Part shown: piece by piece, positions 28,766-38,428 of the stretch
How the letters are laid out: each line of letters opens with the position of its first letter
How positions within the stretch are numbered: position 1 is the first letter of the stretch
From: a virus
Reading direction: 5' to 3' (one strand)
DNA length: 64,000 bases
IMG/VR virus record: IMGVR_UViG_3300021420_000001
Coordinates: 47,481-111,480 of that record
Translations under genes and position numbers: made by a program
Notes under the pieces: model-generated
The model's input: the letters and a program-made list of their open reading frames with translations, nothing else
Databases searched by the model: none
Told to the model about the DNA's origin: nothing

Positions 28766-29832
28766 TACGAGAATCCTGCGACAACCGATCTACTTACGCA
28801 GCGGCAGTTTACCTCAGTGCCGGGGAAGATGTATTTTTTTACAGCTGGGTCCCACCATCCCTTAACAATATCATACGGCTTGCCATTTTGGCGCACATGA
28901 GTCGGTCTTGGATGTTTTCCAGCCCCAGAATGAACCCAGATCGCAGTCGTAATTCCAAGCTCCAATTGCCGCGCTCTGGTAATATTTGCAGTAATCTTGT
29001 TCGATTGATCCCGACTAATCAACTCAGCCCTTTTACGAGTGGTGTGAAATTGCCTCTGCAAATCAGTCGTCAGCTGGTGCAGGTCACGCCCCGTCTGCAC
29101 GGATCGCATGACCATACCCTCGATCTGGGTAAAGTATTGGGATGGGATGCTTTTGATGAGGCTGACGTTCTCTTGGATCGATGCGGCCAAGATGTCACGC
29201 TGCGCCTTTGTCATCTGCATCTCGACAGTCCAGCCCCCCTTCTTGAGGATTGACTGCAACTGTTTCGTAGAACGCTGATGGACCTTGAGTGAGAACCATT
29301 TGGCAAGATCAAGAGAGGCTTCGTTAAAGCCTTTCTGCCATCTACGAGAGAGTTTGCGGATTGCTCTACGTAGTTCGATAGCGGGTAGGGCGTCTTGCGC
29401 TAAAGTAGCATTAAGCCGATCGCGCTCTTTCTCAGCTTCACGATAATTACTGCGAGTTGCTACAATCTTACGATCTTTCATTATCCGCCAGTAATGGGCA
29501 ACCAACTCAATGTAATACTTTGACTGAGCATCCTGCGCTAAGGCCGTGACCTCGGGCTCGTTCGCCTTAAATGCCGCCTTGAGCCAATATACCACCGACT
29601 TTTGCATATCATCGATTAGGCACTCAAGCTTGCGACGATATTCGATCTCTAATGCAAAGCTTGGATGCACAGGACGTAAGACGCGGTCTTTTTTAGGCTT
29701 TGCGTCGATCGCGATACGATGTTGCAGAGAACGGAGCTTTTGGTCTTGCGCCTGGATGATCTGCTGGGCTTGTTCCAGCTGCTTACGCAGAACTTGATTG
29801 TCAATTTTGGACTTAGCGGAAACGGGAAGCAT
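28765..29832 (-). CDS. head morphogenesis protein (Mu F / SPP1 gp7-like)
   Basis: ENVSLIKSIP, RAELISRDQSNK, WVHSG....RPTH, PGTEVNCRC. Confidence 0.88.
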   Translation of the reverse strand: MLPVSAKSKIDNQVLRKQLEQAQQIIQAQDQKLRSLQHRIAIDAKPKKDRVLRPVHPSFALEIEYRRKLECLIDDMQKSVVYWLKAAFKANEPEVTALAQDAQSKYYIELVAHYWRIMKDRKIVATRSNYREAEKERDRLNATLAQDALPAIELRRAIRKLSRRWQKGFNEASLDLAKWFSLKVHQRSTKQLQSILKKGGWTVEMQMTKAQRDILAASIQENVSLIKSIPSQYFTQIEGMVMRSVQTGRDLHQLTTDLQRQFHTTRKRAELISRDQSNKITANITRARQLELGITTAIWVHSGAGKHPRPTHVRQNGKPYDIVKGWWDPAVKKYIFPGTEVNCRCVSRSVVAGFS

Positions 29833-29835
29833 ATA

Positions 29836-30786
29836 TCAATCGTAAATATTAGGAGCGGCTTTACCAGTCAATTCTCGGTAAGTTTTCGCCCAACGCTCGT
29901 AGGCATCCTTTGTATTTTGCCCATAACTACCGTAACGATTTTCACCTTGTTTGAAAGTGTTGCGCAATCTTGACATAGCTCCCAAAGCTTCTTGAACACG
30001 CTTTTGATCAGCAGGCCCAGCAACATCTTTACCTTTCTTTGGGGGCTTGTTCCCATACTTTGTATTTGTCAAATCATCGGTGGGACCAGAGCCTGGCGCT
30101 CTAGTATCAGTTGGTCTTGCATTCCTGCTAGCAGGCTTCCCCTGAGCCGCTTTTGCGGCAGCCGTCAAAGGCTCAGGCTTGGTATACACCACGTTAGCCT
30201 TCTCGATGTCCATGCCCTCAAACATACCATCCATCGCATATTCGATATAGTCCAAAGCCTCCTGCTTCACCCCAAACATGCGCGGACCGCCAGGACCATT
30301 AGCGAACCAGCGACCAGAGTCCAGCGCCATACCTTCCAACAAGACGAAGTCACCAATCCGGTCTACGATCTGCGCTTGACAGTCTGGCAATGAATCACAG
30401 GCGAACCGGAGGGGCATTTGATCTTTTGCTCCTACGGTGAGAAGACCACGAGAGGCATCCATCGCTTCCTCCTCGTCTCCCCGTGCCTTAATCGGCCCGC
30501 TCACCTGACCATGAGCAACAACTCCTTCCGACTTGTAACCAGGGTTTTCCTTCTCTGCTGTGTTTACCGCCTCTTGTCTAGAAGAGGCTCTGAGACGAAC
30601 TCCACGTCGACGCCCACCTTCTCCCACTAGATTGACTTGCCACTCCATATCTGCGTCCTCAGCCTCATCCCCGCGTGCCTTACTATACGCAATTGCCGCT
30701 GCCTGCTTCGGGTCCTTGCCGGCGTTGATCTCAGTGCCGATATTGCTACTGATGGTCTCTTTGCTGGAACCTGATTTCAGCGGCAT
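29836..30786 (-). CDS. putative internal head polyprotein
   Basis: MPLKSGSSKETISSNI..EI.AGK.PKQA.AIAYSKA N-terminus typical of head-region proteins; many [A/G]-x-D motifs. Confidence 0.7.
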   Translation of the reverse strand: MPLKSGSSKETISSNIGTEINAGKDPKQAAAIAYSKARGDEAEDADMEWQVNLVGEGGRRRGVRLRASSRQEAVNTAEKENPGYKSEGVVAHGQVSGPIKARGDEEEAMDASRGLLTVGAKDQMPLRFACDSLPDCQAQIVDRIGDFVLLEGMALDSGRWFANGPGGPRMFGVKQEALDYIEYAMDGMFEGMDIEKANVVYTKPEPLTAAAKAAQGKPASRNARPTDTRAPGSGPTDDLTNTKYGNKPPKKGKDVAGPADQKRVQEALGAMSRLRNTFKQGENRYGSYGQNTKDAYERWAKTYRELTGKAAPNIYD

Positions 30787-30798
30787 CAGCGTTTCTCC

Positions 30799-31218
30799 TC
30801 AGGCAGTCGGTGAATTCGGCGGCATCGGGTGGGGGGCGTGGTCTTCAGTCTTGGCTGCTTGACCATTTACAGAAGTCCCTGCAGCCGAAGACTTCTTATC
30901 CTGAAAGGCAGCATCCATGACTGCAGCAGCGTTACCGAATGCAGGCAAGGCAGCATCGAGAGCCTTGCGCCGCTCGTCGATTGCAGCAACGCCCGCCATG
31001 AACCGCCTGAATGAGATTTCATATGCGTCGAGGACAGGACCAGCAATCTGGTCTCCTTGAGCAGTATCCTCCATTAGTTTACCAGCACGCTCAGCGTGAG
31101 CTGTAATCCGGTCAATGGCTGATGGCGTGGTCATTTGTACTGTCCTGTTACGGTCTGCTTCAATCCAGAGCGTGAGCAAGCGGTCGAATTGCCTCGGAGC
31201 AGAGAGCCATGAATTCAC
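30799..31218 (-). CDS. hypothetical protein
   Basis: co-oriented ORF; start uncertain. Confidence 0.5.
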   Translation of the reverse strand: MNSWLSAPRQFDRLLTLWIEADRNRTVQMTTPSAIDRITAHAERAGKLMEDTAQGDQIAGPVLDAYEISFRRFMAGVAAIDERRKALDAALPAFGNAAAVMDAAFQDKKSSAAGTSVNGQAAKTEDHAPHPMPPNSPTA

Positions 31219-31487
31219 ATCGCGCCGCCACCTTCAAACCTGTATGGAAAGCCTAGCCGATTCCGAAGCCACGTCCAATTCCATATGGGCTGAGACGTGC
31301 CGCCTATTTTGCGGTCGCCTAAGAGCGGCCACGCTACCCCCCAATTTTGCAAAGCAAATTGCCACAGCATCCAGCCTCGGTAGCCGCGTGGCCTATGCGC
31401 GTCGATGAATGGACGCCATGACTTTACGAACGGCGCTAGACCAAACTTGTGGCCCCATAACCATTCGACAAAAGTCAGCGCACTCAT
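31215..31487 (-). CDS. Trp-rich hypothetical protein
   Basis: ATGA overlap with the portal stop. Confidence 0.45.
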   Translation of the reverse strand: MSALTFVEWLWGHKFGLAPFVKSWRPFIDAHRPRGYRGWMLWQFALQNWGVAWPLLGDRKIGGTSQPIWNWTWLRNRLGFPYRFEGGGAM

Positions 31488-33265
31488 TCCGCAGCCTCGC
31501 TTGGCAAAAGCTTCTTCAGCTTAGTCATACGCTCAGCCCGCTCGGGATGGGGCTTAGGCTGGCTGTGCATCAACCTTACCAGCTTACCCGTCCGGGCCGT
31601 GCGATGGCTCATATCGGGTTCGGACCCATCTAGATCGGGTTCTAAGCCCCCTAGAGCGTCTTCGGACCCATCCTCAGGATTTTCCCCCTCATCCCGTTCG
31701 GACGCGCCTGCGACCGTTTCTGCGGGTTCCTCGCCCTCTCCTAGCTCGGCCTTGACCCCACCACCGCCACCCTTGGGTATGAGGCCGGCTTCGATCTCGC
31801 CCTTGAGGTCAGGCATCGTAGTCTTATCCAAGCCCTGGTAGGGCGATTCGGCATCATCGGCGAGACGGATACGGACCTCTTCCTGACTGATGACACCCAT
31901 ATCAACGTAGATCTGATCGGTACGGGCCTGGACCTCGCCGACCTCAGAATGTTCTTTCTCATCCATAGACCAGAGCGGCTCGAAGGCGAACGTAATGGCA
32001 GGATCAACTTGGCCCCAGAGGTCTAGCATCGTGAAATGCATCAGACGTGTCAGGTTCTTACGAAGAAAGGTTTCCTGCCGATCATGGATGGTGTCGTAGA
32101 ATGCCCTGATCTCGCCTTCGGAGCTCGCATTCAGTCCCGTCGGCTGCAAACCCGTGAACTTGACAGCCGGGATGCGCGCTACCGACATCATGTGTTCTTG
32201 GGCTTGGGCCTGTAAGGCATCGAGCGTACCAAGAGGCGCAACAGTATTTGTGAACTCCTCGGTGTCCTTGTCGGTCAACATGATGCCGCGATTGTCGCGG
32301 AACCGATTGAAGAGTTCTGCTCGCTTGAAGAGTAGGTCACCACCCTCCATCAGGGACTCAGCTAAGTTTGTCTTCAAACCCCAAACGACGAAGGCGTGGA
32401 TCAGGTCATTGACGGATTGCCGGGTTATCAGCCAGTTATCTACGTAGGGCTTCATGATCTGACTGAGTGACAGACCACCAAAGCTATACGCAGGCTTCAG
32501 GATGTCGGGAACTTCACGTCCTACGAAAGTAAGGAAGCGGGAAACATGCAACTCTTTACCCATTACGAACCAGTGTTGGGGGTTGTACCAATCTGGTGCC
32601 AAAGGATCATTGGAGTTGTAATTGGTCGGGTAGGCCCAGATGGCCTCTACGGTCGTAAGACGTTTCAGTGATCCACGCTTGACCTTGGCCCGACTGATCT
32701 TGTTCTGACCATCACCAATCGGCATGCGGAGTTCGTTAGCATCATCCTTGGAACCAAAATCCAGATGTAGATGGGATCGACCGAAGTAACCATCCTGCTC
32801 GATCAGAGTACGGCAACGATCCTGGACTTCGAGTTCCTTCCACTTGTCCTCGAGTTCCTTGATCTCCTTACCCTTGTCTGCCTTACCGACAGCTTCGAAC
32901 TTGATCCATTTACGGCACATCTCACCGGCTATTGTTTCGACCGGGATGCGATATTCAGGTCTCTGAGCGAGCTGCGCGAGATAAGGATAGCCTAGGAACT
33001 GTAGGCCTTCATGGAACGATTGCCCAATAACAGATGAAGCCCAAGAGAAATCGCTATTGAAGCCGGAGTTGTCATCCATCGCCATCTTTGCGGCTTTGAC
33101 AGCGCGCATGAGGCGGGGCGGATGGGCCGGGAACTGGAAAGTCTGGACGGATTGTGATGCATTACGTGACGGACCGGCTCTGGCTATGGCCTGATCGTAG
33201 GCAAAGCTCAAGTCCTGACGAGTGGGCTTAGCCTTCTTGCGCTTAGGGATGTAACGGGCGACCAT
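31484..33265 (-). CDS. portal protein (DUF1073 family)
   Basis: FLGYPYLAQLAQRPEYR, KPAYSFGGLSL, P.GLNASSEGEIR.FYD, F.FEPLW; lies between TerL and MuF. Confidence 0.9.
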   Translation of the reverse strand: MVARYIPKRKKAKPTRQDLSFAYDQAIARAGPSRNASQSVQTFQFPAHPPRLMRAVKAAKMAMDDNSGFNSDFSWASSVIGQSFHEGLQFLGYPYLAQLAQRPEYRIPVETIAGEMCRKWIKFEAVGKADKGKEIKELEDKWKELEVQDRCRTLIEQDGYFGRSHLHLDFGSKDDANELRMPIGDGQNKISRAKVKRGSLKRLTTVEAIWAYPTNYNSNDPLAPDWYNPQHWFVMGKELHVSRFLTFVGREVPDILKPAYSFGGLSLSQIMKPYVDNWLITRQSVNDLIHAFVVWGLKTNLAESLMEGGDLLFKRAELFNRFRDNRGIMLTDKDTEEFTNTVAPLGTLDALQAQAQEHMMSVARIPAVKFTGLQPTGLNASSEGEIRAFYDTIHDRQETFLRKNLTRLMHFTMLDLWGQVDPAITFAFEPLWSMDEKEHSEVGEVQARTDQIYVDMGVISQEEVRIRLADDAESPYQGLDKTTMPDLKGEIEAGLIPKGGGGGVKAELGEGEEPAETVAGASERDEGENPEDGSEDALGGLEPDLDGSEPDMSHRTARTGKLVRLMHSQPKPHPERAERMTKLKKLLPSEAAE

Positions 33266-33730
33266 TTAACGTTGCCAAGAAGACCCAGTTGCTTCCCAAG
33301 GACCATATTTCTTGTGCTCAGGGTCTGCGTTAACCTGATTTTCAACTTGTTTACGAATTCCGTTTTCCTGCGCAGTACTTCGTGGCCCTGACGTTCGCAT
33401 TGAAACTGTTAAACGCTTTCCATCTTTTGCTTTAAGCGAAATTTGCAAACTATGTTCTTCAGCATCTGTTGAAGGCTTCGGCTTTGGAGGAGGTTTACCT
33501 TGCCCATACTTCGTATTTGTCAAATCCTCGATAGGCCCAGAACCAGGGGCTCTAGTATCTAGAGGTCTTGCATCCAACGCTATTCCCTTAACCTCACTCC
33601 GCGCAATCCCCACATCCATTGCCATCCGGCCCGCGTAAGCGACGGCTTCCTGCTGCGTCACGAACTGAATAGAGCGCGAGCCACCATGCTTGAATTCGAG
33701 ATCGACGGTGAACCAATTATCATCACTCAT
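33266..33730 (-). CDS. putative internal head protein
   Basis: shares ARPxDTRAPGSGPxxDLTNTKYG with 29836-30786; contains AMD/ALD motifs. Confidence 0.6.
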   Translation of the reverse strand: MSDDNWFTVDLEFKHGGSRSIQFVTQQEAVAYAGRMAMDVGIARSEVKGIALDARPLDTRAPGSGPIEDLTNTKYGQGKPPPKPKPSTDAEEHSLQISLKAKDGKRLTVSMRTSGPRSTAQENGIRKQVENQVNADPEHKKYGPWEATGSSWQR

Positions 33731-34005
33731 TTGCGCCCTCGCTCTGCTACCGCAAACTGATCAGTCGTAGCGTCCTGACTCAGGACCACGGACTTAGCGT
33801 CAGCCGTACCGGCAACCTTGTACTGGTCCTTGGGCTCGACTTCGCTACGCTGCAAAGGCGGACCAACCCGACCCAGGACCTCATCCGTGATCAGGTTCCA
33901 ATCAATGCCTTTACGCTCCCGATCAGACATTATCTGGACCGGAGCCATGATGTGGAACAGGTCGACCTTCGTCAGGACCATAGACCCGAAGCCACTGACC
34001 GCCAC
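33727..34005 (-). CDS. hypothetical protein
   Basis: coupled ORF. Confidence 0.45.
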   Translation of the reverse strand: MAVSGFGSMVLTKVDLFHIMAPVQIMSDRERKGIDWNLITDEVLGRVGPPLQRSEVEPKDQYKVAGTADAKSVVLSQDATTDQFAVAERGRK

Positions 34006-34100
34006 AGACTTCCCAAAGCAGGCCAGTTGATCCGCGCATACGCGTTCCCTCAGGATACACGCTTGCGCTAGCTCTTGGGGGTCACTGCCAATCGGGTGTC

Positions 34101-34295
34101 TTAGTTTCGGACATTGACGAAGGCCCCATGTCCCGCCGCGAGTCGGGCAAGGTAGTGCTCATGGCTCAAACCAAAAGACCAGGCCTCGTAACGACGGATT
34201 TGCTCAGACTCATACTTCCAGGGGGGACGAGGCTGATCTCTCACAGCAGGATCGGCCATGTCATTGGTTCTGTCGACGGCATAAGAGTCAGTCAT
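34101..34295 (-). CDS. hypothetical protein
   Basis: coupled ORF. Confidence 0.4.
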   Translation of the reverse strand: MTDSYAVDRTNDMADPAVRDQPRPPWKYESEQIRRYEAWSFGLSHEHYLARLAAGHGAFVNVRN

Positions 34296-34554
34296 GCTTT
34301 GTACCGGCTATACGCTTGGCCATTTCATTGGACAAGGTCGTAGCGTCGGCAAGCGAGAGTCCAGCCTTCTGGGCATTTGCCAATACTGCCGAAGGAGCGT
34401 GCGTTGGTACCTGAGAATCAACAAACCGAAACGGCATACCCGCAAGTAGGTGCAACTCGGCATCGCCCTTGAGGGGCGTACCCAACTGCTTGTTGAGTAC
34501 GACCGGGATGGTGTCGACGTTCAGGTGTGCGGGGAGAGGTGCCATAATATTCAT
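34288..34554 (-). CDS. hypothetical protein
   Basis: coupled ORF with SD. Confidence 0.5.
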   Translation of the reverse strand: MNIMAPLPAHLNVDTIPVVLNKQLGTPLKGDAELHLLAGMPFRFVDSQVPTHAPSAVLANAQKAGLSLADATTLSNEMAKRIAGTKHD

Positions 34555-34557
34555 ATC

Positions 34558-34761
34558 CTATTTCTGAGAAGAAGGTTTCCGCACCCAAGCACCTTGCCAA
34601 TTGGCCCCTTCCTCCAACCGCAGGAAACCTATTGCATCAGCGGTGGGACCAGAAGATTTCTGCGCCTGAAGGCGGGGCGTGACATAGCCAGACAAAGGTA
34701 TACGCCAGACCGGCATTGGAGTCTTCTTGGAAATCTGATTACGCGTAGGACGTTTATTCAT
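34558..34761 (-). CDS. hypothetical protein
   Basis: ATGA overlap with the TerL stop. Confidence 0.4.
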   Translation of the reverse strand: MNKRPTRNQISKKTPMPVWRIPLSGYVTPRLQAQKSSGPTADAIGFLRLEEGANWQGAWVRKPSSQK

Positions 34762-36419
34762 ATCCTTGCCAATACTTGATCAGAGATTCGCATGACGGCC
34801 TTAGGTGGAACAGGCCAGTAGCACATGACGACGGAATCAGCCAAATTAGGGGATTTGGAACCATCAGGCTGCTTGTTGACCAGTAGCTTCAGCTTCGAAG
34901 ACTGACCCATCGTAGGCTGGCTCAATTCTTTCTGCAGCTTACGTATAAGCGGTATGCGCGAATCGAAACTGATCAATTCCTCGACCTTGTAGGTAAACCC
35001 GAGCTCGGTACGGGCTCTATGGGTCTGCTCGCAACATCGCGCCAACTGCCACCAGGCTTGCGCCTTCAGGTTCTGGTAGAAGTCCGAGTTGATCGGAGAA
35101 TCCTTGTCCCTCGGAATGACGTTCTTGTCGGGATAGAGAACCTCGGCGCCAGCGTTCCACGGACAGAGGCGGATATTCCTGGGCATGAAGCCTTCGGCAC
35201 TTAGGCGATTGCCCTCTGATTTGACGTTGGTACCTACACCTATAACATCGTACTGAAGATTGATCGGACCTAACCCCTTACAGGCGGCTATGGCACGACG
35301 CGCCGTGACGCCGGGGTCTGGTGCACCCCACTCATCCAGGGTTCTAAGAACCCTACCTTTGCGTAACGCCAAAGCGTTGGTATCACCACCCTCGTCAGCT
35401 ACGTCAAGAGCACCGCACCACAGCCCATCGTCATTGAAACCGGGAATGTGTAGATGGGCATCGACGCAGGAGTCGAACCATTCCGGCTTGATGATGACCC
35501 CGACAACCGAGGCCCCATAATTACGATCGACCTCTTGCGCGAAGATATGCTCCAAGCCCTCGGCTACCGCCTTGGACTTACGTCCATCGTACCACTCCTG
35601 GGTCTTACCCGGATGGTCGCGCCAGTCCATGACGAAGACGTTGACGCGGTCTTTGTGGATTGATTGACCGGGAGCCCAATCTACTCCAGATTCTCTTTTA
35701 CGGTGGAAGACCGTTCCCATTCCGTAGACGGAACTGAAGTCAATCTGCACTTTGGCGTTGTCGGAGAGTGCCGCCTCGATCAGCTCAGGTCTTTCGTACT
35801 TTGCAGCCTCATCCTTGAAGTAGATAAGTGAGCGACCGCCTCGTCCGATTTCATCACCGGACTCACCTGTAATGGCCCCGCCACCACTCGGGTTGATGAT
35901 CTTCAGGGAGCCCATATGGTCGCGTAAATTGAATCCGGGTGGGTAGAATTCTACGGGCAGACGTTCGATAGCCCTACGAATCTTCTCGAAGATCGAGTTC
36001 ATGTCGCCGATACGATCGACGAGGTCAGATTTGCGGGAGCCCCACCCGATCGCAGCACCGTCCCAGAACCGCCAGAGATGGATGGAGATCGCGCAGCAGA
36101 GCCAGGTGACCCCCATGTCCCTGGATTTCTCGATGAGCCCAGAGCCCCCTTCTTTCAGGCAGGCATAAATGAAGTTGACGGCTTCGCGCTGACGCTTGAA
36201 GAGTTTGAATGGGAGATACGTAAGCTGATCCGTGCCCGCATTGCGGGGATCGTAAGTGTCAATCCAATGCTCGATGAATTCTACTGGATGATCTTTGTAG
36301 TACTCAATTGCACCGGCTAAGAGTCGTGGCTCCTTGCGAAGGCGTATGAGCTGCTCTTGGCGCCAGGCAAAATGCTTTGTGTAATTAGGTGGCCAGGGAA
36401 CTATACGCTGGAGCATCAC
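34758..36419 (-). CDS. terL: terminase large subunit
   Basis: EKSRDMGVTW Walker A variant, IGRGGR..IYFKDEAA Walker B, ALDVADEGGD nuclease, KSPNLADS. Confidence 0.93.
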   Translation of the reverse strand: MMLQRIVPWPPNYTKHFAWRQEQLIRLRKEPRLLAGAIEYYKDHPVEFIEHWIDTYDPRNAGTDQLTYLPFKLFKRQREAVNFIYACLKEGGSGLIEKSRDMGVTWLCCAISIHLWRFWDGAAIGWGSRKSDLVDRIGDMNSIFEKIRRAIERLPVEFYPPGFNLRDHMGSLKIINPSGGGAITGESGDEIGRGGRSLIYFKDEAAKYERPELIEAALSDNAKVQIDFSSVYGMGTVFHRKRESGVDWAPGQSIHKDRVNVFVMDWRDHPGKTQEWYDGRKSKAVAEGLEHIFAQEVDRNYGASVVGVIIKPEWFDSCVDAHLHIPGFNDDGLWCGALDVADEGGDTNALALRKGRVLRTLDEWGAPDPGVTARRAIAACKGLGPINLQYDVIGVGTNVKSEGNRLSAEGFMPRNIRLCPWNAGAEVLYPDKNVIPRDKDSPINSDFYQNLKAQAWWQLARCCEQTHRARTELGFTYKVEELISFDSRIPLIRKLQKELSQPTMGQSSKLKLLVNKQPDGSKSPNLADSVVMCYWPVPPKAVMRISDQVLARI

Positions 36420-36428
36420 ACAACGACG

Positions 36429-36668
36429 CTAACCCACCTTCACGTTGATCGCACGAGCACCCTTCTTGACCAACTCGACCTGAAAAGAGATGGGCTGACC
36501 CTCTTTCAACTCCGTAACACCCTCAGGCAGAGCATTGATGTGTAGAAACACATCCTTATCACCCTCGACATCCTTGGGCTTGTTGATGAAGCCATATCCC
36601 TTCTCAGTGTTGAACCACTTAATGGTGCTGGTGTAGCGTTCACTTACGTTTCCGTTGACTTCACTCAC
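36429..36668 (-). CDS. cspA: cold-shock domain protein
   Basis: KWFNTEKGYGFI (RNP1) and DVFLH (RNP2). Confidence 0.92.
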   Translation of the reverse strand: MSEVNGNVSERYTSTIKWFNTEKGYGFINKPKDVEGDKDVFLHINALPEGVTELKEGQPISFQVELVKKGARAINVKVG

Positions 36669-36868
36669 GATGACGTACTTTCCTTCTCAGGGATGATAGT
36701 CGTGTTCTGCAGGTAGTTGTAGATATTGACCTGCATCTGCTCCAGCATCAAGACCCAACCCGGGACGTTCGGATCAGTACCAGACAACTTGTTGGAAGTT
36801 CGGTACTGGCTCGTAGCCTCTGACATAGCCGCAGAGGAGTCGATGAGCAATTGACGTTCAGGAGTCAT
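36665..36868 (-). CDS. hypothetical protein
   Basis: coupled ORF. Confidence 0.45.
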   Translation of the reverse strand: MTPERQLLIDSSAAMSEATSQYRTSNKLSGTDPNVPGWVLMLEQMQVNIYNYLQNTTIIPEKESTSS

Positions 36869-37092
36869 AGCTTTACAATAATACCTGTACAGAGCAGCGT
36901 TAGAAACTCATAAGGATCCTGAAGCGCGCAATGCCTCCAGTACTCTCGATTACATATTTCACAGAGGCATTGACCAGAAGCGCGGTGATAATCTCCACGC
37001 TCAATCCTAGCTTCAATATCCTCAGTAACTTCAGCCCGATGACCAAATGCTTTACGTAGCACGTTCTGTCTCCGCCTGGGTCTTGTGCTCAC
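36865..37092 (-). CDS. small Cys-rich hypothetical protein
   Basis: RASG.C.CEIC.REY..H...LC.G..VKL. Confidence 0.55.
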   Translation of the reverse strand: MSTRPRRRQNVLRKAFGHRAEVTEDIEARIERGDYHRASGQCLCEICNREYWRHCALQDPYEFLTLLCTGIIVKL

Positions 37093-37321
37093 GTGACGTC
37101 ACAATCTTCAGCGTACCTGTGAATGGTTTCTGCTCAGGAGTATAGAACCTCGCCATATCCCTGAGCTCCATACGCATACGCAGGTCAGAGTGCTTGGTAG
37201 GTTCCGGATGGCGGCTACCAGAGAGAACCTGATTACGGGGATCCCAGGGCTTGCTGGTATCAAGGGTAAGCATCTTTTCGAGCAACGCTTCATTAGCACG
37301 AATGGATTCAGGAGAGGACAT
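37052..37321 (-). CDS. hypothetical protein
   Basis: coupled ORF. Confidence 0.4.
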   Translation of the reverse strand: MSSPESIRANEALLEKMLTLDTSKPWDPRNQVLSGSRHPEPTKHSDLRMRMELRDMARFYTPEQKPFTGTLKIVTSREHKTQAETERAT

Positions 37322-37611
37322 TAAATTTTCTCGAATGGCTTATTAGGATCAGACGGGATTTCATTCCGCGTAAGCCAACTCATAACCTTGTACTTCAAGA
37401 AATTACCCATTTGAGCCGCAACGTCACAGTTAGCTTTGTCCTTACCGTAGGTTGTTACATGCTCAGCAATTTGGTCTGGTCCGGCTCCAACCTTACGAGC
37501 AATAATTACAACCTGATCGAAACCATACTTCTTAGAAATTGCTTCAGCGGCGCTAACAGGAATGGGCTTAGCACTCTCATCAGAACTCAAGTACGAAGAT
37601 CGACCACCCAC
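37321..37611 (-). CDS. hypothetical protein
   Basis: IPVSAAE.I...YG.DQVVIIAR...EHVTTYG pattern. Confidence 0.55.
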   Translation of the reverse strand: MGGRSSYLSSDESAKPIPVSAAEAISKKYGFDQVVIIARKVGAGPDQIAEHVTTYGKDKANCDVAAQMGNFLKYKVMSWLTRNEIPSDPNKPFEKI

Positions 37612-37623
37612 AATACGCTGTCC

Positions 37624-37992
37624 CTATTTCGATGCGATCAACTTGGGTTTGAACTCAACCCGGCTATGCAACGTCTCCTCGTACAACTTTGCTGCCTCCT
37701 GCGGGGTGATGTCCTTCACTTCATGAATCATACGGTGGGTGTGTTCGACAGTACCCTGATGCGTCATGTTTGCTGTTATCGCAATTGGCATCTTGGAATG
37801 CTGATAAGGGAGAGCCTGGGCAGCGGCATAATCCCTACGCTCATCCGGCATCTTGGGATCACGATATATTCTGACAAAATACTCGAGAGGGGTTTCACCC
37901 GTAGAAGCAACATGCTCCCGTAATGCCTTAGTAACCTTATTCGGAATTCCCTTTTTCCGACCACCACCAGGACGCGCACCACCTCTCGGCAT
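37624..37992 (-). CDS. terS: terminase small subunit
   Basis: MPRGGARPGGGRKKGIPNK N-terminus, TPLEY, AA..ALPY.H.K; upstream of TerL. Confidence 0.72.
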   Translation of the reverse strand: MPRGGARPGGGRKKGIPNKVTKALREHVASTGETPLEYFVRIYRDPKMPDERRDYAAAQALPYQHSKMPIAITANMTHQGTVEHTHRMIHEVKDITPQEAAKLYEETLHSRVEFKPKLIASK

Positions 37993-38039
37993 CAGACCTA
38001 CTCAAACTTTGTTAATTTTCCAAAGTAAAACTACTACTA

Positions 38040-38237
38040 CTACTTATCGACCACATTACGTCGTTCTTGCTCAGCAATTGTAGCGACTCGGATGATCCTA
38101 TCTAGGTAATCTATTTCAATAGATTGAGGGGCCGTTGCATTATTCTGGCAACGCCAGAAATCTGCCAAGGTCACAACAGTCGAATATGGAACACCTAACT
38201 GCCTTGCAATCGTCAGGAACGGATACGAAGAGGACAT
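38040..38237 (-). CDS. small HTH-like protein
   Basis: IARQLGVPYSTV. Confidence 0.4.
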   Translation of the reverse strand: MSSSYPFLTIARQLGVPYSTVVTLADFWRCQNNATAPQSIEIDYLDRIIRVATIAEQERRNVVDK

Positions 38238-38238
38238 T

Positions 38239-38421
38239 TCAAAATCCTTGGTATGGTCGACGTTCCTTGGGAAGCTTTCCGGCCTTCCTTGCCCTACACC
38301 AGATCATGTATATCGTGATGGGTTTGAGATTGAACCACTCGGCAATTTCCTTACCGGTAAAGGAACTCTTCCAGAGACGTATAATTTTTTCATGGAAACC
38401 GGGAGGCGGATGAGTCTGCAT
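38239..38421 (-). CDS. small HTH protein
   Basis: IIRLWKSSFTGKEIAEWFNLKPITIY. Confidence 0.5.
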   Translation of the reverse strand: MQTHPPPGFHEKIIRLWKSSFTGKEIAEWFNLKPITIYMIWCRARKAGKLPKERRPYQGF

Positions 38422-38428
38422 TCTCTAA

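Noticed and set aside
33746-35571. Additional GCGGTAGC ops-like matches at ~33746 and ~35563
   Set aside because: Both lie in coding sequence as Ala-Val-Ala codons and are plausibly chance.
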